Positions 8,305 through 18,487 of a stretch of DNA of 64,000 nt are shown here, in pieces. Position 1 is the first letter of the stretch; the number at the start of each line of letters is the position of its first letter. This stretch comes from an uncultured Fibrobacter sp. (GTDB lineage: Bacteria; Fibrobacterota; Fibrobacteria; Fibrobacterales; Fibrobacteraceae), in NCBI GenBank assembly GCA_964501065.1, contig CAZCRF010000006.1, positions 204 to 64,203 on the forward strand. Reading direction: 5' to 3'. Below the pieces are notes generated by a model. That model made no database searches. It was not told the DNA's origin and worked only from the letters and a program-made list of their open reading frames with translations. Made by a program: the position numbers and the translations under genes.

Positions 8305-10394
8305 GCGTTTTCCCCCTTGGCGTCCCCCGTGGGAAGTTCCGGCACGATTTGCGTCGGAGCGGGTTCCGGGCGGCCGGGATCCGGTGGGGGCGTCTCCTCT
8401 TTTCTTTCTTCGTCTTGCCTTTTCGCCAACTGTTCTTGGAACAGGTAGGTGCGGCTCTTCTTCGTGCCGTCGAGCTTTTCCCCGGCGAGGACGCGGTCGA
8501 TTTCGTCGCGGTCCAGGACTTCGTATTCGAAGAGGGCGTTGCCCAAGAGGTCCAGCTTTTCGCGATTCTCCGTCAAGAGCTGTCTTGCCTTTGCGGTCAT
8601 CTGCTTCACCAGATTGTTGATTGCCCCGTCAATCGTTTCCGCCATCTTCTCGGACATTTCCTTCGGCTTGCTGATTTCGCGCCCGAGGAAAATTTCTCCG
8701 TCGTTCCGGCTGTAGCAGAGCGGTCCGACCGTTTCGTCGAAGCCCCATTCCGTCACCATCTTGCGCGCCAAGTCCGTCGCTCTTGCGATGTCGTTAGACG
8801 CCCCGGTGCTCTGGTGGTTGAAGCAGATGAGTTCCGCCAGGCGTCCCGACATGAGAATCATGATGTTCTCCTCGGCACTTTCCTTGGACATGGAGACGCG
8901 ATCCTTTTCGGGCAAGGACATGGTGACGCCCAAAGCCCTGCCGCGCGGAATGATGGTGATTTTGTGCAGCGGATCCGCATGTTTGCAGAGGAGCGTCATC
9001 AGGGCGTGCCCCGCTTCGTGGAATGCCGTGTGGCGTTTTTCCTCGTCGGACATGAGGAGAGTGCGCCGTTCCGCCCCCATGGAGAGCTTGTCTCTCGCTT
9101 CTTCGAAATCCTGTTTCGTCACTTTCTTGTTGTCGAATCTGGCCGCCAGAAGGGCTGCCTCGTTGACCAAGTTCTCGAGGTCTGCTCCGGCTAGTCCCGG
9201 AGTGCCGCGGGCGATGTCCTTGACGTTCACGTCGTTCGCCAGAGGGACTTTGCGCTTTTTGAGGTGGACTTTCAAGATTTCTTCGCGACCCACCAAGTCG
9301 GGGAGTCCGACGACGATTTGCCTGTCGAAGCGTCCGGGGCGGAGAAGCGCCTTGTCCAAGACGTCCGGGCGGTTTGTCGCTGCAATCAAGATGACTCCCT
9401 CGTTGGCGCTGAAACCGTCCATTTCGACTAGAAGCTGGTTCAACGTCTGTTCGCGTTCATCGTGACCGCCGCCGAGTCCCGCCCCGCGTTGCCTGCCGAC
9501 CGCGTCGATTTCGTCGATGAAGAGGATGCAGGGGGCGTTCTTTTTCCCCATTTCGAAAAGATCGCGGACGCGGGCCGCTCCGACTCCGACGAACATCTCG
9601 ACAAAGTCGGAACCGGACATGCTGAAGAAGGGTACGCCCGCCTCACCGGCGACAGCCCTTGCCAAAAGGGTCTTTCCCGTTCCCGGGGGACCAATCAGCA
9701 GCGCGCCCTTGGGAATGCGCCCTCCTAATGCCGCGTATTTCTTCGGATCCTTCAGGAATTGGACGATTTCGTACAAATCCGCCTTCGCTTCGTCGCAGCC
9801 GGCGACATCTTTGAAGGTCGTTTTCGTCTTGCCGTTTTCATTCAACTGCCGCGCTTTGCTCTTGCCGAAGGAGAACATTCCCATGCCGCTCTTTCCGCCC
9901 GTCTGCCGCGCCATCATATACCAGAAGAAGGCTATCAAGAGAATGGCGGGGAGGAAGGCGAAAATCCGGTCGAACCAAGAAGCCGTCTCGTGGATGACCT
10001 CGACGTCGATGTGTTTGTTCTTCTCCCAGGAATCGATCTGTGCGTTGGTCAAGTCCAATACGTGGCTCGAAAAGGCCATGATTCCATCGGGGGACGAAGT
10101 GTTTCTGGCCAAGCGGGAGAGCACGCCCGGCTTCGGGAGCTTCGCCCGGTCTTCTTCCGTCATCGCCTTTGTGCCTTCGATTGCGATGCCGTCCAGGGTG
10201 CGGTGGAGCTTGAGGCTCTTGATTTCCGTCGTGGAATCTTCCATCATCGCGAGGAATTCCGTCCGGGAAAGCGTCTTGGTGGGTTCTTCGCTGTAAAGCC
10301 GCATGAAGAAGAGCGCCATGAGAAGCATCGTCGCAATCAGGAAGAAGTTCCTGTTCTGGAATGCCGAAGGGACCTTGTTTGGCTTGTCTTTCAT
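8301..10394 (-). CDS. ftsH: ATP-dependent zinc metalloprotease FtsH
   Basis: Two TMs, GPPGTGKT Walker [10 protein letters not shown] Walker B, RPGRFDRQ and HEAGH zinc motif. Confidence 0.98.
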   Translation of the reverse strand: MKDKPNKVPSAFQNRNFFLIATMLLMALFFMRLYSEEPTKTLSRTEFLAMMEDSTTEIKSLKLHRTLDGIAIEGTKAMTEEDRAKLPKPGVLSRLARNTSSPDGIMAFSSHVLDLTNAQIDSWEKNKHIDVEVIHETASWFDRIFAFLPAILLIAFFWYMMARQTGGKSGMGMFSFGKSKARQLNENGKTKTTFKDVAGCDEAKADLYEIVQFLKDPKKYAALGGRIPKGALLIGPPGTGKTLLARAVAGEAGVPFFSMSGSDFVEMFVGVGAARVRDLFEMGKKNAPCILFIDEIDAVGRQRGAGLGGGHDEREQTLNQLLVEMDGFSANEGVILIAATNRPDVLDKALLRPGRFDRQIVVGLPDLVGREEILKVHLKKRKVPLANDVNVKDIARGTPGLAGADLENLVNEAALLAARFDNKKVTKQDFEEARDKLSMGAERRTLLMSDEEKRHTAFHEAGHALMTLLCKHADPLHKITIIPRGRALGVTMSLPEKDRVSMSKESAEENIMILMSGRLAELICFNHQSTGASNDIARATDLARKMVTEWGFDETVGPLCYSRNDGEIFLGREISKPKEMSEKMAETIDGAINNLVKQMTAKARQLLTENREKLDLLGNALFEYEVLDRDEIDRVLAGEKLDGTKKSRTYLFQEQLAKRQDEERKEETPPPDPGRPEPAPTQIVPELPTGDAKGENA

Positions 10395-11620
10395 AAAGTT
10401 CCTTTATGCGAGGGGGGAATTCCGAAGATTTCCAGAATCCGATGCCCTTGGGCGAAGAGGGGCACGGAATCTCTGGCAAAGTGCGGAACGCCGTTTTCTT
10501 CGAACCATTTCTTGAGCGGCTTGGAAGGACCCGCGGCGGGAGCGTAAATGTCGCCCGGCATTCGGAATCTCCATTCGCCCGGAATGGATTCTCTTTTTGG
10601 GAAAAGATACAAATTGTCTTGGGGGGGAGTTTGCGCGAAGCGGCAAAACCAGAGGACGCTGCGCGATTTTTCAAAGAGGAGAGTCCTGTCGCACGATTCG
10701 AAACGGGAAAGGAAGTTCACCTTCTGCGGCAAGGGGATTCCCCGGGAATCGAGCCAGAGGTGCAACAGTTTGGCTGCCCCCGTCGGACTTTTCGTGGAGA
10801 GCCTTTCCCAGGCGGAACGGTGAAGCGCGAGGATTTTCGCGTCCGGGAAGATTTCGGCGGAAAAGGGCCAGAGCCTTGGCGGGACGGTGAACGGGGAGAG
10901 CGCTTCGTTCAGTACGGAAATCATTTTTTCGTTCGCCGTCCGGGAAAGTTCGGCGATTCGGGAGAGCTGCGCGCCGGCGCCGGGATTTGTTCTTTCCAAA
11001 AGCTTCAACAGGCCGAGCCGAATGGCGTTCCTGTCGAAATGGGTGTCCGCGTTGGATTCGTCTTCCCGCCATTCGAGGCGGTGCGCCGTTGCTTCTTGGA
11101 GAATTTCGTTTCGGGAAACCTTCAGGAATGGGCGGAAAACGCCGTCTTCGCGGACTTCCCGGATACCGGACAGTCCCCGAATTCCCGTGCCGCGCAAAAG
11201 CCGCATCAGGACAGTTTCCGCCTGGTCGTTTTCATGGTGCGCCGTGACGATGGCGTCTGCCCGGACTTCGGGGAGTTGCGAAATTCCGTGCAGAGCTTCG
11301 TAACGCTCCCGGCGCGCATTTTCTTCTATGGAGCCTTTGGCCTTGAGGGATTCCCCGTCTAGATGCCGGATGAAAAAGGGGACGTTCCGTTTGGCGGAGA
11401 ACCGGCGGACGCATTCGGCGTCGAGGTCGGCGGAACCCTTTCGGAGACCGTGGTGGATATGGGCGACGCCCACCCAATTCAAGGAAAGGGCCTTTTGATT
11501 TCGAATAAAGTAATCGGCTAGGCAAATGGAATCCATTCCGCCGGAGACGGCGAGCAGCAGGCGGTTCCATTTTTTTTCGCGGAGGGTGCGGAGGATTTCC
11601 CGAAAAATCACTTCTCGCAT
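10391..11620 (-). CDS. tilS: tRNA(Ile)-lysidine synthetase
   Basis: [10 protein letters not shown]-loop, [29 protein letters not shown]. Start is ATG 11620 or GTG 11611 (overlapping the hisI stop), not the ORF-track start. Confidence 0.93.
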   Translation of the reverse strand: MREVIFREILRTLREKKWNRLLLAVSGGMDSICLADYFIRNQKALSLNWVGVAHIHHGLRKGSADLDAECVRRFSAKRNVPFFIRHLDGESLKAKGSIEENARRERYEALHGISQLPEVRADAIVTAHHENDQAETVLMRLLRGTGIRGLSGIREVREDGVFRPFLKVSRNEILQEATAHRLEWREDESNADTHFDRNAIRLGLLKLLERTNPGAGAQLSRIAELSRTANEKMISVLNEALSPFTVPPRLWPFSAEIFPDAKILALHRSAWERLSTKSPTGAAKLLHLWLDSRGIPLPQKVNFLSRFESCDRTLLFEKSRSVLWFCRFAQTPPQDNLYLFPKRESIPGEWRFRMPGDIYAPAAGPSKPLKKWFEENGVPHFARDSVPLFAQGHRILEIFGIPPSHKGTL

Positions 11621-11958
11621 TTTTGAAAAAAGCAGGATCTTGCGCCGGTGTGGCAGGCCACTTGATCCCCGCGCATCCGCACTTTGAAGAGGAGCGCGTC
11701 GCTGTCGCAGTCGGCGTACCAGCTTTCGACTTCCATCACGTTCCCGCTCGTGTCGCCCTTGTGCCAATATTCCTTTCGGCTGCGGCTGTAAAAGACCATT
11801 TCGCCGCATTCGTTCGTTCGCCGCAGGGCTTCCCTGTCCATCCATCCCATCATCAATACGTCGTTCTTGTCCGCGTCCTGGACGATGGCCGGGACGAGTT
11901 TTTTGTCGCCGAATTTCACTTCGAATTGAATCTTGTCGAGAAGCTGTTCAAATTTCAT
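11608..11958 (-). CDS. hisI: Phosphoribosyl-AMP cyclohydrolase
   Basis: LVPAIVQD, YSRSRKEYWHKGDTSGN, DCDSDALL and ACHTGARSCFF motifs. Confidence 0.97.
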   Translation of the reverse strand: MKFEQLLDKIQFEVKFGDKKLVPAIVQDADKNDVLMMGWMDREALRRTNECGEMVFYSRSRKEYWHKGDTSGNVMEVESWYADCDSDALLFKVRMRGDQVACHTGARSCFFQKCEK

Positions 11959-11962
11959 GGAA

Positions 11963-11970
11963 CAAATTTA
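11963..11970 (-). promoter_or_regulatory. Putative -7 promoter element TAAATTTG, 4 nt before hisI ATG
   Basis: Minus strand reads TAAATTTG-TTCC-ATG with no SD. Confidence 0.55.
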
Positions 11971-12044
11971 ACAAGAATTCGGGACGGACGGCGTCCGAGC
12001 CCTGAGGCAGATGTCGCGGGGACGGGCTTTCGCCTTTGTGCAGT

Positions 12045-13238
12045 TTAAGTCGCCGCAAACGCTCTCCGGATACGGTCGAGGGCCTCTTGCAGAACGGCGC
12101 GCGGACAGGCCAGGTTCATCCGTTCAAAGCCCGCTCCGCTTTTCCCGAATCGCAGCCCGCTGTTGAGCCATAGCTTCGCCTTGTGCAAAATCAAGTCGTC
12201 GATTTCCCGGGGAGTTTTTTCCGTCCCGTTGAAATCGAACCAGGCCAGGTATGTGGCCTCCATCGGGATGAGCTTCACGCCGGGCAAAAAGTTTTGAGTG
12301 TAGGTTTGTACAAAGTCGATGTTTCCCCGGATGTATGCGAGCAGTGCGGAAAGCCATTCTTCGCCGTTTTCATAGGCGGCCTTGGCGGCGACGATCCCCG
12401 GTGTGGAAACTTCTTCGTAAGCGACTGCGGACAGTTCCCGTTGAATGGCCTTGCGGAGCCTCGGGTTCGAAATGAAGGAATGCGCGATTTGCAGACCGGC
12501 CAGGTTGAAGGTCTTCGTGGGGGAGGTGACCGTGACGGTGATGTCCGAAATTTCCGGGGAGAGTGTGGCGATGGGAATGTGTTCCCCTTTGAAAATGAAG
12601 TCTCCGTGGATTTCGTCGCTCACGATGATGACGCGGTTTCTTTGGCAGATTTCCGCCATTTGCAGAAGCTCCGCCCGGGTCCACGTGCGGCAGACGGGAT
12701 TGAGCGGATTGCAAAGGAAGAAGAGCTTGGCGTGCGATTCGGAAATTTTCCGTTCGAAATCGTCGAAGTCGATGTGATACGTGCCGTCTTCGCCGTAAAC
12801 CAGGTCGCTGCTCACGACAATCCTCCCGGAATCCCGGATGAGCCCCGCGAAGTGCATATAGACGGGTTCTTGGATCAAGATGGAGTCGCCTTTTTCCGTG
12901 AAGGCGTTCACGGCCATGGCGAGCATCGGCATGACTCCCGGGGTCTTCACCATGCAGGAACTGTCCGGAATTTCGAGATGGTGGTGGCGCGAGTAGAATC
13001 GCTTGACGGCAGAAAAGTAATCTTCGTCCGTTTCGCTGTATCCGAAGATGCCGTGCGTCACCAATTTGTGCAGGGCGTCCTGGATGTAAGAGGATGTTCT
13101 GAAATCCATGTCGGCAACCCACAGAGGGAGCAAATCCGGGGAGGATTCCCCGAGGAGTTCCTTGGCGAAGTCGTATTTCATGCTGTAGGTGCCGCGTCTG
13201 TCGACAATCGTGTCGAAATCCAAATTGCGTTCAGGCAT
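12045..13238 (-). CDS. MalY/PatB family PLP-dependent cystathionine beta-lyase
   Basis: LPLWVADMDF, GIFGYS, LCNPLNP, SDEIHGD and SPTKTFNLAG (PLP lysine). Confidence 0.92.
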   Translation of the reverse strand: MPERNLDFDTIVDRRGTYSMKYDFAKELLGESSPDLLPLWVADMDFRTSSYIQDALHKLVTHGIFGYSETDEDYFSAVKRFYSRHHHLEIPDSSCMVKTPGVMPMLAMAVNAFTEKGDSILIQEPVYMHFAGLIRDSGRIVVSSDLVYGEDGTYHIDFDDFERKISESHAKLFFLCNPLNPVCRTWTRAELLQMAEICQRNRVIIVSDEIHGDFIFKGEHIPIATLSPEISDITVTVTSPTKTFNLAGLQIAHSFISNPRLRKAIQRELSAVAYEEVSTPGIVAAKAAYENGEEWLSALLAYIRGNIDFVQTYTQNFLPGVKLIPMEATYLAWFDFNGTEKTPREIDDLILHKAKLWLNSGLRFGKSGAGFERMNLACPRAVLQEALDRIRRAFAAT

Positions 13239-13284
13239 ACAATGTCCTTTGAAACGGGGCGAGCCGTTTCGTCTAAATCCTCGG

Positions 13285-13292
13285 CAAATATA
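13285..13292 (-). promoter_or_regulatory. Putative -7 promoter element TATATTTG for the MalY/PatB gene
   Basis: Exact TAnnTTTG match 46 nt upstream of ATG 13238. A hairpin (13251-13270) and an AAAGGA SD-like site lie in between. Confidence 0.45.
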
Positions 13293-13446
13293 AGTGGAGT
13301 TTCAAGAGCCGGCTAATACTTTATTTTGAAAGCCGATAATCGATTTTTCCGATAACGGGAAAATTTTTGTCGGCGGAATGGGAAATTCCCGCTTGAAGAA
13401 ATGGAACGGGGCAAATGCCTGGCGAAAAAATTTCTCTTCGAATTTT

Positions 13447-13454
13447 TAAATTTG
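13447..13454 (+). promoter_or_regulatory. Putative -7 promoter element TAAATTTG, 4 nt before the M16 peptidase ATG
   Basis: TAAATTTG-CCAT-ATG with no SD. Confidence 0.55.
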
Positions 13455-13458
13455 CCAT

Positions 13459-14703
13459 ATGATTCGGCAAAAGATTTCGAAGACGGAATTGGATAACGGG
13501 ATCACGGTCTTGACCGATCCGATGCCCGGAGCCTATTCGGCGAATGTCGGCGTCTGGATTCCGCGGGGTTCGAGACACGAGACGGAAAGGACTAGCGGCC
13601 TTGCCCATTTTTACGAGCATTTGGTTTTCAAGGGGACGAAAAAGCGGTCCGCTTACGATATCGCCCACACGATTGAAGATCGCGGCGGCAGCCTGGAAGC
13701 TTACACGACGCGGCAGGAGACGGGCTTTTACGCACAAGTCGTCCGCGAAGACGTGCCGCTCGCCGTCGAAGTGATTTCCGACATGTTGCTGCATCCGGAA
13801 TTCGACCCGAAGGAAATGGAGAAGGAACGGAAGGTCATCGTCGAAGAAGTCCACAGTTATGATGACATCGCCGAAGAATGCGTCGGCGACCTCTTCAACG
13901 CAATCCATTACAAGGGATGCGGTCTTGCGCTCCCCATCGCGGGAACGGTCAAAACGGTCCGCGGACTTTCCCGGGAAGGGCTCGTCGAATGCGAAAGGCA
14001 AGTCTTGGAGGATTTGCCGCTCACGGTCTGCGCGACGGGGAAGGTCGAACACGAACGTTTCGTGGATTTAATCCGGGATGCGTTTGCGGAAAAGAAGTCC
14101 GCGTCGAAACCTTTTGAAAACGGTTACGCGGCTTCCGCCGCCCAAAAGACGAAGACCCGGCGGGAACTCAGCCAAACGAACCTTTTCTGGGGAACGAGCT
14201 TCGACTTCTCGAACGGCGACGTGGACTTCATGCGCGCCCTCGGGCTTTTCAACGTCGCTTTCGGTGCGGACATGGGGTCGAGGCTTTTTCAAAAAGTCCG
14301 CGAGGAACGGGGGCTTGCGTATTCGGTCTATTCGATGACGGATGTCTATCGCGACGTGCTCGGCTGGGGAATTTCCCTGGCGACCGCCCCTTCGAAAATG
14401 GAGCAGGCTCTCGCCATTGCGCAGGGGGAGCTCCGGAATTTTTTGGAGAACGGATTCGGCAAGGGGGAACTCGAACGCACCAAGATGAATGTCATCGGGG
14501 GGCTTCGAATCAGCGCGGACAATGCGGAAAAGCGTTTGATGCGCTTGGCGGACCAGGCTCTGCATTTGGGAAAGGTCTATTCCCTTTCGGAGACGGAGGC
14601 GCAGGTGCGGGCCTTTTCGGAAGAACGCGTCGTGGAATCCTTGCGGCGAGCATTCAAGAATGCGCCGTTTGCAACGGCGATAGTCAAACCGGCAAAAAAT
14701 TGA
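13459..14703 (+). CDS. M16 family zinc peptidase (pitrilysin-like)
   Basis: LAHFYEHLVFKG inverted HxxEH motif and SRLFQKVREERGLAYSVYS. Confidence 0.95.
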   Translation: MIRQKISKTELDNGITVLTDPMPGAYSANVGVWIPRGSRHETERTSGLAHFYEHLVFKGTKKRSAYDIAHTIEDRGGSLEAYTTRQETGFYAQVVREDVPLAVEVISDMLLHPEFDPKEMEKERKVIVEEVHSYDDIAEECVGDLFNAIHYKGCGLALPIAGTVKTVRGLSREGLVECERQVLEDLPLTVCATGKVEHERFVDLIRDAFAEKKSASKPFENGYAASAAQKTKTRRELSQTNLFWGTSFDFSNGDVDFMRALGLFNVAFGADMGSRLFQKVREERGLAYSVYSMTDVYRDVLGWGISLATAPSKMEQALAIAQGELRNFLENGFGKGELERTKMNVIGGLRISADNAEKRLMRLADQALHLGKVYSLSETEAQVRAFSEERVVESLRRAFKNAPFATAIVKPAKN

Positions 14704-14712
14704 GAGGACGAT

Positions 14713-16053
14713 ATGCAGAAGAAGTGGGCGGAACCCGTCGGCATTTTGGGATTTGGCGTTGAAGGGAGAAGTTCATTCGATTATTTCGTGCGCAACGGTT
14801 GCACGGAAATCATCGTGATGGACAAGAATCCGTTCGAGTTGCCGCCCGTGCCGCAGGGCATTCGCGTGAAAAGTTTTGTTGGCGAAAAGTACATGGACGG
14901 CCTCAAGGATTGCGTGACGGTCGTCCGGTCGGCCGGCGTTTATCCGCTGCAGCGGGAACTGTTCGCGTTTCAAATGAACGGGGGGCTTCTCACCAGCCAA
15001 ATCGAGATGTTCCTTTCCGAGACGCATTCGAAGTCCGTCGTCGGAGTCACGGGGACTCTCGGCAAGGGAAGTACGGTCAGCATGATCCGGCACGCCTTGG
15101 AAGCTTGCCGGATTCCGTCCGCCATCGGAGGGAATTTCGGGGTTCCCGCCTTGGACTTGTTGAAGGACGAGTCGAAAGACCGCGTTTCCATTTTGGAGCT
15201 GTCCTCCTTCCAGCTGATGACCCTTTCCGTTTCGCCGCATATCGGAGTCGTTTTGCGCGTTTCCTCGGAGCATTTGGACTGGCACAAGTCCGTCGAGGAA
15301 TATCGCGATGCGAAGGCGAACCTCGTGCGTTGGCAAAAGCGGAGCGATTTCTGCATTTATTTGAAGGATGCCGCCCCGTCTTTGGCGATTGCCCGGGAAA
15401 GCGGTGCCCAAAAGCTCTCCTTCGGCTCCCGGGATGCCGATGCCGTCTTTACGCCGGAGTCCCTCTCCATGGACGGCTACACCCTCAGACTTTCGGACTG
15501 CAAGGTTCGCGGGGCTTACCAATTGGAAAATATGGCGGCCGCCTTGCTTGCGGTGAAGGCTCTCGGCGCAGACGTCCCCACGGCGTTGCAGGCGTTGAAA
15601 TCCTACGAGGCTCTCCCGTTCCGGATGGAATTCAAGGGGGAATGGCGTGGCGTTGAATTTTACAACGATTCCTATGCGACGCGCCCCGATGCGACCATTG
15701 CCGCAGTCAAGAGCATGAAACGCCCGTTCGCGCTGATTCTTGGCGGTTCGGAAAAGAATGCGGATTTTTCGGAATTGTCGGAAGTGCTGTCCCGTGTGCC
15801 GAATTTGAAAAGAGTCTCGTTCATCGGGGCGACTGCCGATCGGATGCGGGAATCGTTGCGGCGTTTTGGCGTTTCCGTCCCGATGATGATTTTCCCGGAT
15901 TTGGACTCAGCCTTTGCCGATGCGTGTTCGATTGGGAAGGGGGGCGCCGTGCTGCTTTCCCCCGCCTGTGCGAGTTTTGGACTTTTCAAGAATTACAAGG
16001 TTCGCGGGCAATGTTTCGATGCGTTGGTTGAAAAATTCCAATCGGAGGAATGA
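14713..16053 (+). CDS. murD: UDP-N-acetylmuramoyl-L-alanine--D-glutamate ligase
   Basis: GVTGTLGKGST, ELSSFQL, HLDWH, YNDSYAT and LLSPACASFGLFKNYKVRG. Confidence 0.95.
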   Translation: MQKKWAEPVGILGFGVEGRSSFDYFVRNGCTEIIVMDKNPFELPPVPQGIRVKSFVGEKYMDGLKDCVTVVRSAGVYPLQRELFAFQMNGGLLTSQIEMFLSETHSKSVVGVTGTLGKGSTVSMIRHALEACRIPSAIGGNFGVPALDLLKDESKDRVSILELSSFQLMTLSVSPHIGVVLRVSSEHLDWHKSVEEYRDAKANLVRWQKRSDFCIYLKDAAPSLAIARESGAQKLSFGSRDADAVFTPESLSMDGYTLRLSDCKVRGAYQLENMAAALLAVKALGADVPTALQALKSYEALPFRMEFKGEWRGVEFYNDSYATRPDATIAAVKSMKRPFALILGGSEKNADFSELSEVLSRVPNLKRVSFIGATADRMRESLRRFGVSVPMMIFPDLDSAFADACSIGKGGAVLLSPACASFGLFKNYKVRGQCFDALVEKFQSEE

Positions 16054-16784
16054 TGCTTGACGTCCGGAATCGCTGGTGCTTGGTGACGGGAGCTTCCCGC
16101 GGCGTGGGCCGGGAAATCGCCTTGCAAATGGCGAGGCTCGGCGCGAACCTCGTTCTGCAGAGCCGTTCGAAGGGACACCTGGAATCGGTCGTAGAGGAGG
16201 CGCGGCTGAGGGGTGCTTGCACAGTTCCCGTAGAATGCAGCCTCGAAGATTCCAAGTCCGTAGAAGCGATGCTTGCCGAAATCGACGGGACGGGTTTTGA
16301 CGTGGAGCTTGTCTTCAACAACGCGGGGAAGATGAGTCGGTACTTTGCCGATTTCACGTCGAATACGATGGAAGACTTTCGCGAAGCGATGGACGTGAAC
16401 TTTTTCGCCCAAGTGCAAATCGCCTACCATTTCTTGCCCCGGATGATTCGAAACGGTTTCGGGCGGATGCTTTTCACGACCAGCGGAATGGCGGATGAGC
16501 CGGAACTTGCCGCCTATGCTTGCGCCAAGGCCGCCCTTTCGAAATGGGTGCGCGATTTCTCTTGCAAACTCGAAGGTTCCCGAGTGGCGGTGAACTTGAT
16601 GGATCCCGGATGGCTTCGCACGGATCTCGGCGGACCGAAGGCTCCGAATGCGGTGGAATCCGTCATTCCGGGGGCTGTCGTGGGGATGCTCCTTGAAAAG
16701 GTTTCAAGTGGACGCTTGTTCTCCGCACAGGACTATGCCGGGATGACTCTCGAAGAAGCTCTCGAAAAGGCTGCGGAAAAGTAA
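16050..16784 (+). CDS. SDR family NAD(P)-dependent oxidoreductase
   Basis: TGASRGVG, NNAG, YACAK (YxxxK) and PGWLRTDLGG. Confidence 0.92.
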   Translation: MMLDVRNRWCLVTGASRGVGREIALQMARLGANLVLQSRSKGHLESVVEEARLRGACTVPVECSLEDSKSVEAMLAEIDGTGFDVELVFNNAGKMSRYFADFTSNTMEDFREAMDVNFFAQVQIAYHFLPRMIRNGFGRMLFTTSGMADEPELAAYACAKAALSKWVRDFSCKLEGSRVAVNLMDPGWLRTDLGGPKAPNAVESVIPGAVVGMLLEKVSSGRLFSAQDYAGMTLEEALEKAAEK

Positions 16785-16877
16785 CGTCGAACGTGTCGCC
16801 TCGCGCTTTTCGATTGTCCGCCTCGGTCGAATTTTATACTTTGGCAAAGATTTGAAAAACGGATATTTGGAATTCAT

Positions 16878-17048
16878 ATGCTCGAAAAATTGATTCGATA
16901 CGTCAAGAGTTTCAATTGGAAATTCCTGATTCTTTTTGCCGCCTGCTGCGTCTTGCTGGGCATCGCCAACAACTTGCGCGTCGATGACGCCAAGTCCGTG
17001 GAATGGTTCGGCTCCCAGGAAATCCTCGAAAAACCGGAGGGATTCTGA
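16878..17048 (+). CDS. Small (56 aa) membrane protein absent from the ORF track
   Basis: My translation: MLEKLIRYVKSFNWKFLILFAACCVLLGIANNLRVDDAKSVEWFGSQEILEKPEGF. One TM. TGATG coupling to the next gene. Confidence 0.7.
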   Translation: MLEKLIRYVKSFNWKFLILFAACCVLLGIANNLRVDDAKSVEWFGSQEILEKPEGF

Positions 17049-17716
17049 TGAAGCGCCCAATCACCTCTGCAGTCCTGTTGCTGTTCGCCTCCTTCTTCAC
17101 GGCGGTCTGCGTCGCGGAAATCTCGTTCCCGGAATCGTTCCTCACTTTCACGGATTACGAAGCTTTAATCGAGCGTTTCCCCAAAATTTGGAAGTACAAC
17201 ATCCATGTCGGCCTCGCTTCGCTCGTCTGCGCCATTTTGCTTGTCGTCCCCGCCTTCCGCTTGGATCGGAAGTTCACCGTCAAGGGGCTTGAAACCCTTT
17301 TCCGCATCGGCATCGGCGGCATGTTCATCTTTGCGAGCCTTTTCAAAATCCAGGATCCGAAGACCTTCGCCGTCTTGGTCGCGCAATACCAGTTCTTGCC
17401 GGATTTTGTGAACAATCTGTTCAGTTTGATTTATCCGCAATTTGAGTTCTGGTTCGGCTTGGCCTTGATCCTGACTCCGTTCACGAAGGAATGCGCCCTT
17501 GCGATTTTCTGGATGTTCGTGAGTTTCATCATTGCGCTGGTCTGGGCCTTGGTCTTGGACTTGGGCATCACGTGCGGATGCTTTGAACTCGAAGGCGCGC
17601 AGAGCAAGACGGAAACGTGGACGGCGTTGATTCGCGACTTGATTCTCATCGGCCCGACCTTTTGGCTGACCCTTCGCCCGAACAAGAGTCTAATCGGCCT
17701 TTGGAGAAGGGGTTGA
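17048..17716 (+). CDS. MauE/DoxX family redox-associated membrane protein
   Basis: FRIGIGGMFIFASLFKIQDP, YPQFEFWFGLALIL and GITCGCF (CGCF) motifs. Confidence 0.85.
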   Translation: MKRPITSAVLLLFASFFTAVCVAEISFPESFLTFTDYEALIERFPKIWKYNIHVGLASLVCAILLVVPAFRLDRKFTVKGLETLFRIGIGGMFIFASLFKIQDPKTFAVLVAQYQFLPDFVNNLFSLIYPQFEFWFGLALILTPFTKECALAIFWMFVSFIIALVWALVLDLGITCGCFELEGAQSKTETWTALIRDLILIGPTFWLTLRPNKSLIGLWRRG

Positions 17717-17736
17717 CACGCCGGCTTCGGCGCATG

Positions 17737-18414
17737 TTAAAACGGGTCGCCTCCCAATCGAGAGTCTCCGGGTTTCACCTTCGAAAGGATTTCAAGCCCG
17801 GAAAGCTCTTGCATCATGAAAATGTTGTCGTCTTCCATTTCCCGGTTCCCGCTTTCCCCGTAGCGGTTGACCAGGATGCCCCGAATCCTTAGCCCCCGGC
17901 TTTTGGCGTATTCCACGGTCAAGAGGCACGCGTTGATGGAGCCCAGGGCGGCCGTGGTGACGATGAGCAGGGGCAAGTCCAAGGCTTTCATGACGTCTTC
18001 CAAGAAGATTCTTTTGCCGCCCGGCTTCAAATCGTATCGGATGGGGCAGAGGATTCCGCCGCTGCCTTCGACGAATAGAAATTCATGCCGCTTCTGCGCG
18101 GCTTTGAAATCGGCGAGGATTTTGGAAAGCTCCGCCGGGTTCCCTTCCTTGCGGGCGGCCAAATGCGGAGAAACGGGAGTCTCGTAAATGTAGCTCACCA
18201 TTTCATCTTGCGAGTCGAAAAGGCCCACCCTTCTTTTGACCGAATCGGCGTCTCCCGCGACGAGCTTCCCTTGATGCCGTTCGGCACCGCTCAGCGCGGC
18301 CTTGTAGTAGCCCGCGTCGATTCCGGAATCTCTCCATTTTTTGACTAGAAGACCCGTGACGAAAGTCTTCCCGACATCCGTTCCCGTCGCCGTGACAAAA
18401 TATCCATTCGACAT
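17737..18414 (-). CDS. bioD: Dethiobiotin synthase
   Basis: VTATGTDVGKT, YYKAALSG, PVSPHLAA, VEGSGG and LGSINACLLT. Confidence 0.96.
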   Translation of the reverse strand: MSNGYFVTATGTDVGKTFVTGLLVKKWRDSGIDAGYYKAALSGAERHQGKLVAGDADSVKRRVGLFDSQDEMVSYIYETPVSPHLAARKEGNPAELSKILADFKAAQKRHEFLFVEGSGGILCPIRYDLKPGGKRIFLEDVMKALDLPLLIVTTAALGSINACLLTVEYAKSRGLRIRGILVNRYGESGNREMEDDNIFMMQELSGLEILSKVKPGDSRLGGDPF

Positions 18415-18487
18415 GTTGAACGCCTCTTTTGAAAATTTCGGAAAGAATTTAAAAATCGGGGAATTTGCGATGTCGACTTTTTCGGCA

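Noticed and set aside
13239-13458. Riboswitch or T-box upstream of the MalY/PatB gene
   Set aside because: Only one short hairpin is present, with no T-box or S-box consensus. The predicted leader is about 40 nt.
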